Shown here one piece after another: positions 21,897-31,633 of a stretch of DNA of 64,000 nt. The stretch's first letter is position 1. Every line of letters starts with the position of its first letter. A program made the position numbers and the translations under genes. The notes under the pieces are model-generated. The model was not told the origin of the DNA, made no database searches, and saw only the letters and a list, made by a program, of their open reading frames with translations. This stretch comes from Bacteriovoracia bacterium (GTDB lineage: Bacteria; Bdellovibrionota; UBA1018; CAIPTA01), in the NCBI GenBank assembly GCA_050246755.1, contig JBFWVL010000001.1:64001-128000 (forward strand). The letters are read 5' to 3'.

Positions 21897-22586
21897 ATGG
21901 CGTCCGTAAAAGCAAAAATCCTCGTCATTGAGGACAACGAAGACACGCGGAGATTCCTGCAGCAAGTGCTGAGCAAGGAATACGACGTTATCCTCGCGGA
22001 CAACGCGGTGCTGGGAATAGATTTCGCCCGCAACCAAAATCCGAATCTGATCCTGCTCGACATCATGCTCCCTCATCTTTCCGGCCTCGACGCCTGCCAG
22101 ATCTTAAAAAAAGACGAACGCACCGCTCGCATCCCGATTATTTTTCTCTCCGCCAAATCTAAAGTGAGCGATATCACCAGCGGCCTTCATCTCGGGGCCG
22201 ACGACTATATTCCCAAGCCCTTCGACTATAAAGAGCTGCTGGCGCGTGTGGAAGCCAGGCTTCGCGCTTCCGCCGCCCGCGCTTCGGGTGGAGATCCGAT
22301 CGTGGTAGGAGACCTTACCATCGATCCCGCTAACCGCACCGTGCGCTACCGCACGAAGGCGGTGGAGCTCACCCTCACGGAGTTCGACATTCTCCGCCGC
22401 CTCGCTACGGTGCCGGGAGAAACCGTTTCGCGCAAAGAGATCATCGACGCCGTTCGCCACCACACGAAAAAAGCCATCAACGACCGCACCATCGACGTGC
22501 ATATCCGCGCCATCCGGAAAAAAATTCCGGAAATGCAAAAGCACCTCAGCTCAATCTACGGGATTGGGTATCGGTACGATAAATAA
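21897..22586 (+). CDS. OmpR/PhoB family response regulator
   Basis: IEDN, LLDIMLP, GADDYIPKPF and winged helix (LTLTEF..L, RTIDVHI..IRKK, YGIGY). Confidence 0.95.
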   Translation: MASVKAKILVIEDNEDTRRFLQQVLSKEYDVILADNAVLGIDFARNQNPNLILLDIMLPHLSGLDACQILKKDERTARIPIIFLSAKSKVSDITSGLHLGADDYIPKPFDYKELLARVEARLRASAARASGGDPIVVGDLTIDPANRTVRYRTKAVELTLTEFDILRRLATVPGETVSRKEIIDAVRHHTKKAINDRTIDVHIRAIRKKIPEMQKHLSSIYGIGYRYDK

Positions 22587-22621
22587 ATCAGTTGGCGGCG
22601 GTTTGCCGTGGGCAGTGAATG

Positions 22622-24673
22622 CTACTTCAGCACGCGCTCTAGCTGCGTGATCTTATTCGTTTCCACCACTACGTCGAGCTCGCCCTTGTAGTTCAGGATA
22701 TTATTTTCCAGCACCACGCGGTAGCGCCCGGCCGGCAAGCGCTCGCGCATGGGGGTACGCCCCTTATAGATCACTTCTTCGCCGCTAAAGATCGTAACCT
22801 GCGCGTCGGGCGAAGTGGTGAGATTCAAATTTCCGCTCGGCAACTCGAGCATTTCCACGCGGTACGAAACCGGCGCGCGGTCTTTCACTAGAGCCTGGAA
22901 CTGAACTGTTTGGTATCCGCGGCGCATTACGTCGATGAGGAGCGGTTGGTTAAGGGGAACTGAAAACTGATTATTGTTCACGGCCACCGCCTGGCCGTTT
23001 AGCAACACGCGCAGATCCGTAAACTTCGACTGCAGCACGATCACGCCGGCATTCGTGTCCACCACGGGCAATGAACTGGGCTTGGGCTGTTCGGCCGGGC
23101 GGCGATCTACCGGTGCGTGCTCTGTCACGTGCACGGGGGCTGGCTCGGTGTTCACGGCCACGCGCTTTTCCGGTGCTAAAAATCCAAGCGGCGTTCCGTC
23201 GAGCATTCCGTACTGGCGCGCGCCCACTAGGAGGCCTACCAACAGAAGCGAAAGCAGCACCATCACGTTTCTTGTACCGGAACTTTGCTCGTCGAGCTCT
23301 TTCCGCAACGAAACGGAGTGCGTGCCCTTCTTTACCTGATTCGTGCCGGCCGTCGTTTTGCTCCAGGGCGGGATTACCATATTTTCCGTGCGCTGCACTC
23401 CGCCCGGCAGAGGCAAGGGACGCCCGGAAATCCCAGTAGCCTGGGCCGGCGGTTTCGCTTTGCTGATATCTACTTCGTGCGGATCGGCCGCGGGGGCGCC
23501 GGAAGCTCTCAGCTCCTCGGGAGAAGGACGGCGGATCTTGCCCGTGTTCTGGGAGGTCACGAGGTCCATCATCTCGCGGTTAAAGTCGGTAGTGGAAATC
23601 AGGCCGTCGGCCAGCTTATTGGAAAGAGGCGGGGGCGCTTTCTTGCCCGGGTCGTTCTTCTCGGGAGTGCCAAATCCTTCGCCAGTACCCACGGGCTCGA
23701 TCGCGAGGTATTTCGCGAGGCGCTCGCGGTCGTCGCGGATCTCGCTCTTGAATAATTCCTGCGCGTAGTAGGAAAGGTCCGAAGGATTGAAGCTCGGGTT
23801 GAACGAGTAGAGAAACTTGTGTAGGTCGCGCTGGAACTCTTCGGCATTCTGGTAGCGCTTGTGCTTATCGCGCTGGAGGGACTTTAAAATGATGGCGTCC
23901 AGCGACTGCGGCACGGCGGGATTGAAGGTGGAAGGCGGTTCGATCTTCGCGCTTTGGATCAAGCGCAGCACGCCCATATCGGTATCGGCCACGAACAAGC
24001 GCTTGGCGGTGAGCAATTCCCAGAGGCAAATGCCGAGCGCGAAAATATCCGATCTTCCGTCTAGCTCCTCGCCGTTGATTTGTTCGGGTGAAAGATAGGA
24101 CGGCTTGCCCTTGATCACTCCGGCCCGGGTGGCTTCGTTGGCACTCTTGGCCTTGGCAATACCGAAATCGAAAAGCTTCACGGCGCCGTCGTAGGAAATC
24201 ATTACGTTCTGAGGTGAGATATCCCGGTGCACGATCCCGAGCGTTTTGCCGGTGAGGCGGTCTTTATAGGAATGCGCATAGCCGAGGGCGTGGCAAACCT
24301 GGCTGATGATGTAGCAGCTCATGTCGATCGAGAACATGGATTTCATGTCTGCCAGGCGCTTCACGAATTGGCGGAGGTTTTTTCCCTCCACGTACTCCAT
24401 GGCCATGAAATATTGCTCGTCTACTTTTCCGTAGTCGTAGATCTGGATGATATTCGGGTGCGTGAGACCCACGGTGATCTTGATCTCTTCCTCGAACATC
24501 TGGAGGAATTCAGGGTTTGCCTGCAGATTCGCGATCACTTTTTTGATCACGATCACGCGGTCGGGGCCTTCTTTCGCGGCGGCTAACCGCGCGCGATAAA
24601 TCTCGGCCATTCCGCCTACGGCGATTGGATCGACGATGATATACCGCCCGAATTTGTGAGGACGAAAAGCCAT
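22622..24673 (-). CDS. Membrane Hanks-type Ser/Thr protein kinase
   Basis: GGMAEIY, VIKK, HRDISPQN, DFGIAK and YLSPEQ; TM helix; periplasmic PEGA-like beta region. Confidence 0.95.
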   Translation of the reverse strand: MAFRPHKFGRYIIVDPIAVGGMAEIYRARLAAAKEGPDRVIVIKKVIANLQANPEFLQMFEEEIKITVGLTHPNIIQIYDYGKVDEQYFMAMEYVEGKNLRQFVKRLADMKSMFSIDMSCYIISQVCHALGYAHSYKDRLTGKTLGIVHRDISPQNVMISYDGAVKLFDFGIAKAKSANEATRAGVIKGKPSYLSPEQINGEELDGRSDIFALGICLWELLTAKRLFVADTDMGVLRLIQSAKIEPPSTFNPAVPQSLDAIILKSLQRDKHKRYQNAEEFQRDLHKFLYSFNPSFNPSDLSYYAQELFKSEIRDDRERLAKYLAIEPVGTGEGFGTPEKNDPGKKAPPPLSNKLADGLISTTDFNREMMDLVTSQNTGKIRRPSPEELRASGAPAADPHEVDISKAKPPAQATGISGRPLPLPGGVQRTENMVIPPWSKTTAGTNQVKKGTHSVSLRKELDEQSSGTRNVMVLLSLLLVGLLVGARQYGMLDGTPLGFLAPEKRVAVNTEPAPVHVTEHAPVDRRPAEQPKPSSLPVVDTNAGVIVLQSKFTDLRVLLNGQAVAVNNNQFSVPLNQPLLIDVMRRGYQTVQFQALVKDRAPVSYRVEMLELPSGNLNLTTSPDAQVTIFSGEEVIYKGRTPMRERLPAGRYRVVLENNILNYKGELDVVVETNKITQLERVLK

Positions 24674-24783
24674 TAAATGAATTCCTTCACCCGTACTAAT
24701 CGGTAGAAGTACGCAATTTCATTAGCTTGTTTGCGAAATTTGCCGGCCCTAGAAAAGATAGTAAAAATAGGGAGATAAGCCCC

Positions 24784-25209
24784 CTACCGGATCACTTTGA
24801 GCCCGGGAGCCGCCGGAGCGCCAGACTGGGCACCCGGTATCACGTATTCCAGGCAAAGCTCTTTTTTGATTCTTTTAGGATTGGCGGAAATTTTCCGGGT
24901 AATGCCTTCCCGCATATCATTCATCGCGCAATCGGTAAGCTGCTTACTAACCTTAGCCGCCATCTCTTTTCCGGAAATATAGGCGGGTAACGCATCGTAC
25001 ATCCGCTCACCGCAAGCCTGAATGGCCGGGGTAAAGAACACGGCGCACTCTTCCCGTTTCAGATTCGTACAGCGCAATATATTCCCTTCGCACATCGCTT
25101 CCGCCACCGCCGGCGCATGTTTTTTGAGCCAGTAATCCTTCGCGATCATGGGCGCCGCGAAAACCGGGGTGGAGCATGCGAAAACGATCAGGGAGAAAAT
25201 TTTGTTCAT
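24784..25209 (-). CDS. Hypothetical secreted Cys-rich protein
   Basis: Signal peptide (..PVFA) and six Cys in the mature part; no family recognised. Confidence 0.7.
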   Translation of the reverse strand: MNKIFSLIVFACSTPVFAAPMIAKDYWLKKHAPAVAEAMCEGNILRCTNLKREECAVFFTPAIQACGERMYDALPAYISGKEMAAKVSKQLTDCAMNDMREGITRKISANPKRIKKELCLEYVIPGAQSGAPAAPGLKVIR

Positions 25210-25225
25210 GCGAAATTATGGCACT

Positions 25226-25265
25226 AAAAAAAAGAAAAGCCCAGCCGCCCTCGGGCAACTGGGCT
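25226..25265 (-). terminator. Intrinsic terminator of the 30965-25285 operon
   Basis: Minus strand AGCCCAGTTGCCC-ga-GGGCGGCTGGGCT followed by TTTCTTTTTTTT. Confidence 0.8.
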
Positions 25266-25284
25266 CTCAATCCGCATCAAACAG

Positions 25285-26124
25285 CTATTTCGGAGGATGC
25301 TCCGTAATTTTACCGGTGGCCTTCAGCTCAGCCACCTGATCATAGAATTCCTTTTGGCCGGTACGGATGCGATCCGGATTGAAGCCGTAGTTGCGGCGGC
25401 CGAAGTCGATTCCGAAAAAAGCGTAACTTTGGCCCATATGGTAGCCGGCCACGCGATAGTCGGTACGGCCATCAGCCGTGGGACGCAGGGTGATAATCGT
25501 CATGAACGAGATCGTCTGCGAAGCGGCTTTGCCGTCGCGGCCCGCAAAACTACCCACCAGCACGTACCCTTCGCGGGCATCGCCTCGGACCATAAGGGAG
25601 TAAACGTCGTTCATATCCTTGGCCACGCCCCCGCCCGTTTTGCGGGTGATGGTGCGATAAGTGCCGGGTCCCCATTGCTGGTTGAGGCGCTCTTCGCGGT
25701 AGCTATAAACAGTATCTGTTGGGTAAGTCACGCCCTCGGCGGCGCCCACCGGTTTTCCCCAGCGAAAAAGAATAGTCTCGAGCGCGGTAGCGATATCGGC
25801 ATCTAGGGAACCATAGGTTTCCAGGCCATAGGTAACGGCCTTGGGAATATCTCCGGAATCTTCCAGCTCGATGGTATTGGCCAATGGCGCGGCCACGGAA
25901 ACGAAGAGACGCTCAGGATCCTGCGCCACTTCCACGGGAAGCGGGAGGTTCCGCTGCGCTTCGTACCAAGTAAAAAGCTTTTGCTCGAATGGGCTCGGCT
26001 CGGAGCCGATCGTTTTCAGCCAGCGCAAGTACGTGGTACGCTCCACGGATGCGGGCGGCGTGGTATCCCCGGCGAATACGGGAAGCGCGGCGAAGAGACA
26101 GAAAATTCCGAATAGTTTTTTCAT
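25285..26124 (-). CDS. Hypothetical secreted protein, paralog of 26207-27109
   Basis: Signal peptide; shares LPVEV..DP..FV, LET.L.RWGKP.G..EG.TYP and GFN with its neighbour. Confidence 0.8.
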   Translation of the reverse strand: MKKLFGIFCLFAALPVFAGDTTPPASVERTTYLRWLKTIGSEPSPFEQKLFTWYEAQRNLPLPVEVAQDPERLFVSVAAPLANTIELEDSGDIPKAVTYGLETYGSLDADIATALETILFRWGKPVGAAEGVTYPTDTVYSYREERLNQQWGPGTYRTITRKTGGGVAKDMNDVYSLMVRGDAREGYVLVGSFAGRDGKAASQTISFMTIITLRPTADGRTDYRVAGYHMGQSYAFFGIDFGRRNYGFNPDRIRTGQKEFYDQVAELKATGKITEHPPK

Positions 26125-26206
26125 TAGAAGACCCCCATTTTTCTCAGGGATAGTCTTCCCGTAGGAAACCTAAAAAGACAATAGGCAGATTTTTCCTTTT
26201 TGAATC

Positions 26207-27109
26207 CTAAAAATCCTTGCCGTACTCAATGTCGGTCTTGTGATCGGCAATTTTTCCGGTGTCGCGGAGCTCCTTGAGCATATTCATGGTCTCTTCCTGA
26301 ATGGCCCGCACTTTAGCCACGTTAAAACCGATTTGGGCTCGGCCAATTCTTACATTGCCTAACACTTTATAACTTTGTCCCTGAAATCGGGTGCTGAGTT
26401 TGTAAGAAGTTTTTCCATTCGAGAGCGGGCGAATGATCGCGATGGCGAAACATTGTTTGGTCAAAGTAGTGCCGCCCGGTCTCACAAACTGCATAAACAC
26501 ATCATAGCCCTGCGCATCATTTCCCCGGATCAAAACGAAGTAACGATCGGCGATATCTTTTACAATTCCTCCGTCCCGGCGCAGCGTGAGGCTCGCGTAG
26601 GCTTGCTCGCCCCAATTCGCGTTGGGCGCCCAGTAGTCCACCCGTTTCGCGAACTGCCCGCCGAGCGGATAGGTTTTTCCTTCGCGTTCGCCCGTGGGTT
26701 TTCCCCAGCGGTAGAGCATGGTTTCCAAAACTTCGTGCACGCTGCCGCTCATCTCGGCATACACTTCGGCGCCCACCGTATTTCCCTCGGTAATTTCCCC
26801 CGCTTCTTCGAGATCGATCGTTTCCCGCAACGGGCGATCCACGTTCACGAAAATCTTGCCCGGATCGCGGCTTACTTCCACCGGCAGATCGCGGTTTTTT
26901 TCATTCTCGTACCAGGAAAAAACGTTGGCGGTGAAAGCGCTCGCGTAGGTAGGTTGCAGTAAAGGAGCCGCCCACTTTACGTAGGACTCCAGGGAAAGCG
27001 AAGTGGGAGCCGGGCTGCCCGCCGGAAGATCGAGCAGGGCCGGGTTAGGCGTACCGGCCGAAGCGGAGTTCACGAACGCGCAAGCGAGCAATGCATAAAT
27101 GAATTTCAT
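26207..27109 (-). CDS. Hypothetical secreted protein, paralog of 25285-26124
   Basis: Signal peptide (..ASA) after GGGAG; same conserved blocks as its neighbour. Confidence 0.8.
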   Translation of the reverse strand: MKFIYALLACAFVNSASAGTPNPALLDLPAGSPAPTSLSLESYVKWAAPLLQPTYASAFTANVFSWYENEKNRDLPVEVSRDPGKIFVNVDRPLRETIDLEEAGEITEGNTVGAEVYAEMSGSVHEVLETMLYRWGKPTGEREGKTYPLGGQFAKRVDYWAPNANWGEQAYASLTLRRDGGIVKDIADRYFVLIRGNDAQGYDVFMQFVRPGGTTLTKQCFAIAIIRPLSNGKTSYKLSTRFQGQSYKVLGNVRIGRAQIGFNVAKVRAIQEETMNMLKELRDTGKIADHKTDIEYGKDF

Positions 27110-27126
27110 TTTATCTCCCATTCTGG

Positions 27127-28428
27127 CTAAAATTTAAAACTGGCGCCCAAGCCGTAGACGAAAATCTTTCCGCCGGTCACGTAGCCGGGGGCGCCCACGT
27201 TGGTCGAAGATTCTTTCCGTACTTGGCGCCGAACGAGCCAGTTGTACTGGAAGAAAAGATCGAGGTCGATGAAATCGTGCTCCCGTAAGAAATTTTCAAA
27301 TGCTGTGCCGAGCCCCGCGGTGAAAGAATGACGATTATTGTCTACGAAATTTGAGTCCTGCGTCTGGTCCGGCACCGGGGAGGGATGATAGGAATATCCC
27401 GCCCGGTAGGAAAGCTTGCGCAACCAGCCGTTCTGCGGAGTGGAATAGTCCACCCCGAAACGCCCGACCGGAATATCCTTAAAATTCGCCTCGCGCCGCA
27501 AATCGCCCACGAGGTAGGTATTTATATTTCCGCTGCCATAGGGAGACACGTATTTACTCCATTTGGCCCAAGCAAAATCCGCGGCGAGGGTAAAATGCTC
27601 CCCCACTCTTCCCGAATAAAGAAGGGCCCACTCGGCCGGAGTATAGACCGGCATACTCGTGATGGAACCTTCGATCGGCACGAAGGTGGTCACGTCGGCG
27701 ATGAGCTTGGTTTCGAGGCCAGCCTGCGCGCGGTACATGAGCCCGAGCGTATAGGGTGTGCCTTCCCCCTTCGTGGCGCGCTCGTGATCGTAGAGCAGAG
27801 AAAAAGATGGGCGGCTCTCGCTCTTTCCTTCCACCACGCTCGCCGAATAATTCACGGAGTTGCTCGTGCGCAGCGTGTAGTTGGCCACTGATTTGGTGGT
27901 GGAGCGAAGGTTAACGCCGAATGCCCAGCCGTCTACGAACTCGTAGCCCGCACCCACGGAGAAAAAGAAATTCCGCGCCACGTCGGTATAGAGGGGATAA
28001 AAAGGATGGTCCACCGGCTGGCCGGAAATCCGGATCAAGGTGGAGAAAGGCATATAAATGACCGCCCCCACCGTGAGCGGGCGCTCGCGGCCGAAAGGAA
28101 TCGCCACCCCGATGAGGCTTCCGCCTCCCGATAAAACTCCAGAGGTATCGAAGGTGCCCAAGGTGCCACTGGAATTCAGCGTCACGGTGCCGAAGGGCAG
28201 GAGCTTGGGATCAAAGTACTGCGCGCTCAGATCTACCTGCACCTGGTGAATCAATCCGAGCGAGGCTGGCGCGTTCAGCGTCTGGTACGGGCTCTGGCGC
28301 CCTTGAAAGAGCGAAGTTCCGCCGAGACCGCCCGAGAGCGGGCCCATGCCGAATAGCGAACCTAGCTCCGCACGGGCGTTCACGGAGAAAAAGCAAACCG
28401 CGGCCAATAAAAAAATCTTCGCGCGCAT
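27127..28428 (-). CDS. FadL/OmpP1-like outer-membrane transport protein
   Basis: Signal peptide; N-terminal FG.GP...GLGG..NAPASL hatch-like segment; W.KWS; RAGYSYHPSPVPDQT..N.VD; terminal Phe. Confidence 0.72.
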   Translation of the reverse strand: MRAKIFLLAAVCFFSVNARAELGSLFGMGPLSGGLGGTSLFQGRQSPYQTLNAPASLGLIHQVQVDLSAQYFDPKLLPFGTVTLNSSGTLGTFDTSGVLSGGGSLIGVAIPFGRERPLTVGAVIYMPFSTLIRISGQPVDHPFYPLYTDVARNFFFSVGAGYEFVDGWAFGVNLRSTTKSVANYTLRTSNSVNYSASVVEGKSESRPSFSLLYDHERATKGEGTPYTLGLMYRAQAGLETKLIADVTTFVPIEGSITSMPVYTPAEWALLYSGRVGEHFTLAADFAWAKWSKYVSPYGSGNINTYLVGDLRREANFKDIPVGRFGVDYSTPQNGWLRKLSYRAGYSYHPSPVPDQTQDSNFVDNNRHSFTAGLGTAFENFLREHDFIDLDLFFQYNWLVRRQVRKESSTNVGAPGYVTGGKIFVYGLGASFKF

Positions 28429-28430
28429 GC

Positions 28431-30965
28431 TTAACCCCGGAACCCGAGCACGCGGCGCAAGAAGAGGAGCACGCTCTTGAGCGTACCATCGTCGATCTTC
28501 TCCGCCAGGTAATTCAGGGCGGGCCGGATCGCGTTATCCTGGAAGAAAGAATTCATCTGCCGCACCATGGTGGGCAACTTGTCTTTTCTCATCACGTCGC
28601 TCACCGAGCGCAAGGTTTCGCGGCGCGAACCTAGATTGGCGTTCGTGGGCTTGGCGTTCTTGCCGAAGTCGCGAAAAAAATCGTTTATCTTTTCTTCCGG
28701 AGTGGCGAGTACTTCGCTGGCGGAGGTGAGCAGGAAACGCTCCGTTTCGACGCGCTTCGCCTCCGAGACCAGGCTCGAAAGCGGAACGAGGAGCCGGCCG
28801 AGCGTGGACGTCTCATAGTTTTTCGTGGATTCCGGGCGGAACAACGAGCGCAGCACGCGCTTCAGGGCATCGGCCCCGAGCGATACCTTGCGGCGGTCTT
28901 CGAGCTCATCCGACACGTTCGCATTGTCGAACGCGCCCGAGAACGAATTCTGGTACGCGGAGAGAAGGTCCACCGCCTTTTCGGCGAAGCCGGTCTGGTA
29001 GGCACTTACGAGGATCGCCACGTAGTTCTTGATCAGGTAGCCTTTGTCTTTCGAAGCCATCGCGCGGGTGAGATCGTTCCCCGAGCGCGACATTCCGCTT
29101 CTCCAGTAAAGCCAGATATTAGGAACTTGGGCAACGAGGGCGCGGTAGGCGCGCTTATTGTTCGCGTCTTCTTGCGCGCTGATGAATCCGCCCTTGAAAA
29201 TTTCTTCGGCGAGATCGTTGATCAGATAATCGCGGTGCTTATGATATTTCTCCATCATGCCCAGATCGCGGAACGCGTAGGAAGAAATCATTTCCACCGT
29301 GCTGGGATCTACGTAGGGAGAGGAGAAGTACCATTCCGAAATCGTTTTCCCGTTGTTCTTGAAATCGGTGGTGATTTTCGTCACGAGCGATTGCACGAGG
29401 GGGAACGCGAAATCCACGATCACGCTTTCTCCCAGCGCCTCACTGGCGGCCTCCCACCAAGCGTCGAGCAAATGATCCTGCACCCGAACCGTTTTTCCGT
29501 TGAGGGCTACCGAATACTCCAATTGCGAGTTCGAGAAGCGTCGGATGGCCACGTTCAGGGATTTAGGCGCGCCGTTCGCGTAAACCGCGCGGCCCGCTTC
29601 GCTCACGGCCGAGGCTCCGTAAATTCCCTTTACCTTCGTGAGCAAACTGGAACCCGCGAGAATTTTTGCGTTCTTCTTGCCGATCTGCGCCTCGTTGATC
29701 TCCACTAGGATAGGATCCATCCAGTCGGAGAACTTCGCGTCGCCGAGGGCGGTTTTGAGAAAAGTTACGAACTCTTCTTCCGTCATTGGCTCGTCGGTAT
29801 CAATCTCTTTTTCGTCGGCATAGTCGCCGAGGTACGAGGAGAGATTAAAATGCTCGGGCAGGCCCGAGGCGATTTGCCCGCGCACTACGTACTGGGTGAG
29901 GCTATCGGTGAGCTTGGAGCGGGTTCCATTCGCCGCGAACCAACGGCCGAGGGCGGGGATGAAATCAGGGTGGGCTTTCTGGAACTCGTCTACCAGGCCG
30001 ATTAATTCCATGATCGGCGGAACTTCCCCATTGGGGCCACGGGCAAATAGCTTCTTATAGTTGCGGACGCGGCGCTGCTCGGGAGTGAGCACGAGGCCGT
30101 CCTCATCGTCGCCCGGCTCTTTTTCGGCGTTAAGCTTCGGATCGATCTGCTCGCCGCGCACGGCGCCGCTTTCGAGGAAGAGGGAAACAAACACGCCCTT
30201 CTCGTTCATCTGATCGAGGTATTCCTGGATCGAGGTATTCTTCATCTTCAGTTTACGAAGATCGTCGGCGAGCTCGAGGGTGCGAAGCGCCACGGACTCC
30301 CCGTTTATTTTCTTCTGCAGGAAGCGCGCGGCTTCCTTTACCGTCTTGGAGTAATTTTTCTCGGCCGAAACGCCGTCGTCGGTGCTATCGAAAAGCGTGA
30401 AGATATCGTCGAAATTATCGGGAAATCGCTCCTGGTAGAGCACATCGGCGAGGCTGGGCAAAAGAGATTCCCAGATGCCCTGGCCGGCGCTGAGGATCGA
30501 GCTGAGGAGCGGGAGCGCGTCCTGGAAAGATGGGTTTTTGATCACGCTAGCCAGCACCGGCAAGAGACGTTCGCCGCGGCTCGAGCCCGCCTCGTCGATT
30601 TCCAGCCAGTCGCGGAGGGTTTCTTTGATGTCTCTATTCGTATTATTGGAATCAATGATCACGTTGATGTTTTTCAGGAAGGCCGGAAATTGCTCGTTTG
30701 TGAACAAAGGCTCGAGCGGCGAAAGGGTACGGTCGTAGTTGGCGCAGGCGAATACCGCGCGGAAATTTTCGCTGGTGAGGAGCTCGTCGGTTTCACCGCT
30801 GAGATTTACGTTTCTTCCGTGGCAATTTTCTAGGCGCTGCTTTTCCAGGTCGACGCCGTCGGCGCTAACTTGTCTGGGTAAAAATACGACGGGATCAGCC
30901 GACTGCCCTTTCGAGCATCCGGTGAGTACAATTCCCGCTAAGATCAAGGCTCGCCACTTGGCCAT
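28431..30965 (-). CDS. Large hypothetical helical lipoprotein (844 aa)
   Basis: MAKWRALILAGIVLTGC lipobox after GGAGAG; long open frame with typical codon usage. Confidence 0.8.
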   Translation of the reverse strand: MAKWRALILAGIVLTGCSKGQSADPVVFLPRQVSADGVDLEKQRLENCHGRNVNLSGETDELLTSENFRAVFACANYDRTLSPLEPLFTNEQFPAFLKNINVIIDSNNTNRDIKETLRDWLEIDEAGSSRGERLLPVLASVIKNPSFQDALPLLSSILSAGQGIWESLLPSLADVLYQERFPDNFDDIFTLFDSTDDGVSAEKNYSKTVKEAARFLQKKINGESVALRTLELADDLRKLKMKNTSIQEYLDQMNEKGVFVSLFLESGAVRGEQIDPKLNAEKEPGDDEDGLVLTPEQRRVRNYKKLFARGPNGEVPPIMELIGLVDEFQKAHPDFIPALGRWFAANGTRSKLTDSLTQYVVRGQIASGLPEHFNLSSYLGDYADEKEIDTDEPMTEEEFVTFLKTALGDAKFSDWMDPILVEINEAQIGKKNAKILAGSSLLTKVKGIYGASAVSEAGRAVYANGAPKSLNVAIRRFSNSQLEYSVALNGKTVRVQDHLLDAWWEAASEALGESVIVDFAFPLVQSLVTKITTDFKNNGKTISEWYFSSPYVDPSTVEMISSYAFRDLGMMEKYHKHRDYLINDLAEEIFKGGFISAQEDANNKRAYRALVAQVPNIWLYWRSGMSRSGNDLTRAMASKDKGYLIKNYVAILVSAYQTGFAEKAVDLLSAYQNSFSGAFDNANVSDELEDRRKVSLGADALKRVLRSLFRPESTKNYETSTLGRLLVPLSSLVSEAKRVETERFLLTSASEVLATPEEKINDFFRDFGKNAKPTNANLGSRRETLRSVSDVMRKDKLPTMVRQMNSFFQDNAIRPALNYLAEKIDDGTLKSVLLFLRRVLGFRG

Positions 30966-31316
30966 TTTTCTCTCTCCATACATCAAAGATCCGTGCGCTA
31001 ACTCGCGGAACCTAACAAATGACGCATCGTTCCACAAGACATAAAACACAATTAGTCAACTTTTCTAAGGCTTTGCCTTCGGTCTGCATTCTTGGAGAGT
31101 TAGGCACATAAGTCAAGTTGGGTAAGGGATTATTAGTTCAATAAAATTAAATACTTATAAAGATGGGCCTTTATGGAAGCATTATGCCGGTGCCCAGCCA
31201 TAAGGGCTTCGATCACCCTTGCCCGGCAGAACTAAACGCCCGACACCTGCTAATAACTTCGACAATCAGGACGGGCAATTCGCGGAAAAATCTCCGTGAA
31301 TATAAGGATTTACCCC

Positions 31317-31332
31317 TGGCACGCGGGATGCA
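31317..31332 (+). promoter_or_regulatory. Sigma-54 (-24/-12) promoter candidate
   Basis: TGGCACGCGGGATGCA, with GG-N10-GC spacing. Confidence 0.65.
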
Positions 31333-31343
31333 TCTACGAAGAC

Positions 31344-31417
31344 AGCAGAGAGGTTAGCCAAACTTCCCTCCCCATCCCCCCCTCCCGAGATTTGGCTAGC
31401 TTCTCTGTTTTCTTTTA
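31344..31417 (+). ncRNA. Candidate small RNA: long hairpin, C-rich loop, U tail
   Basis: 17-bp stem 31346-31362/31391-31407 with two G-U pairs; 28-nt loop CTTCCCTCCCCATCCCCCCCTCCCGAGA; then TTTTCTTTT; starts at the predicted sigma-54 +1. Confidence 0.6.
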
Positions 31418-31607
31418 TTCTGAATATAAATAAATAACTATATATCTTGGTCGCGCGGAAAGCACTGCCACTGCGGGGACCGATCCACGCGGATCGAAAG
31501 TAGGTTTTCCGATCCGTCCAGCGACGAAAGCATAAAAATAGCAATGGGAACTTAGAAGCCTAATAGCCACCTCCGGGTGGCGAAAAACATTAATGAGCCC
31601 CGCCTCC

Positions 31608-31633
31608 TCACTGTTCTCTATGGAGAACAGTGA
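31608..31633. promoter_or_regulatory. Perfect 11-bp inverted repeat upstream of TIGR02147-type gene (operator candidate)
   Basis: TCACTGTTCTC-tatg-GAGAACAGTGA, about 50 bp before ATG 31683. Confidence 0.5.

Noticed and set aside
31178-31197. Minus-strand sigma-54-like TGGGCAC...ATGC upstream of the lipoprotein operon
   Set aside because: The GG-to-GC spacing is not 10 nt
31163-31544. ORFs 31163-31357 (+) and 31266-31544 (-)
   Set aside because: No RBS or protein-like composition; the region is better explained by the promoter and RNA hairpin
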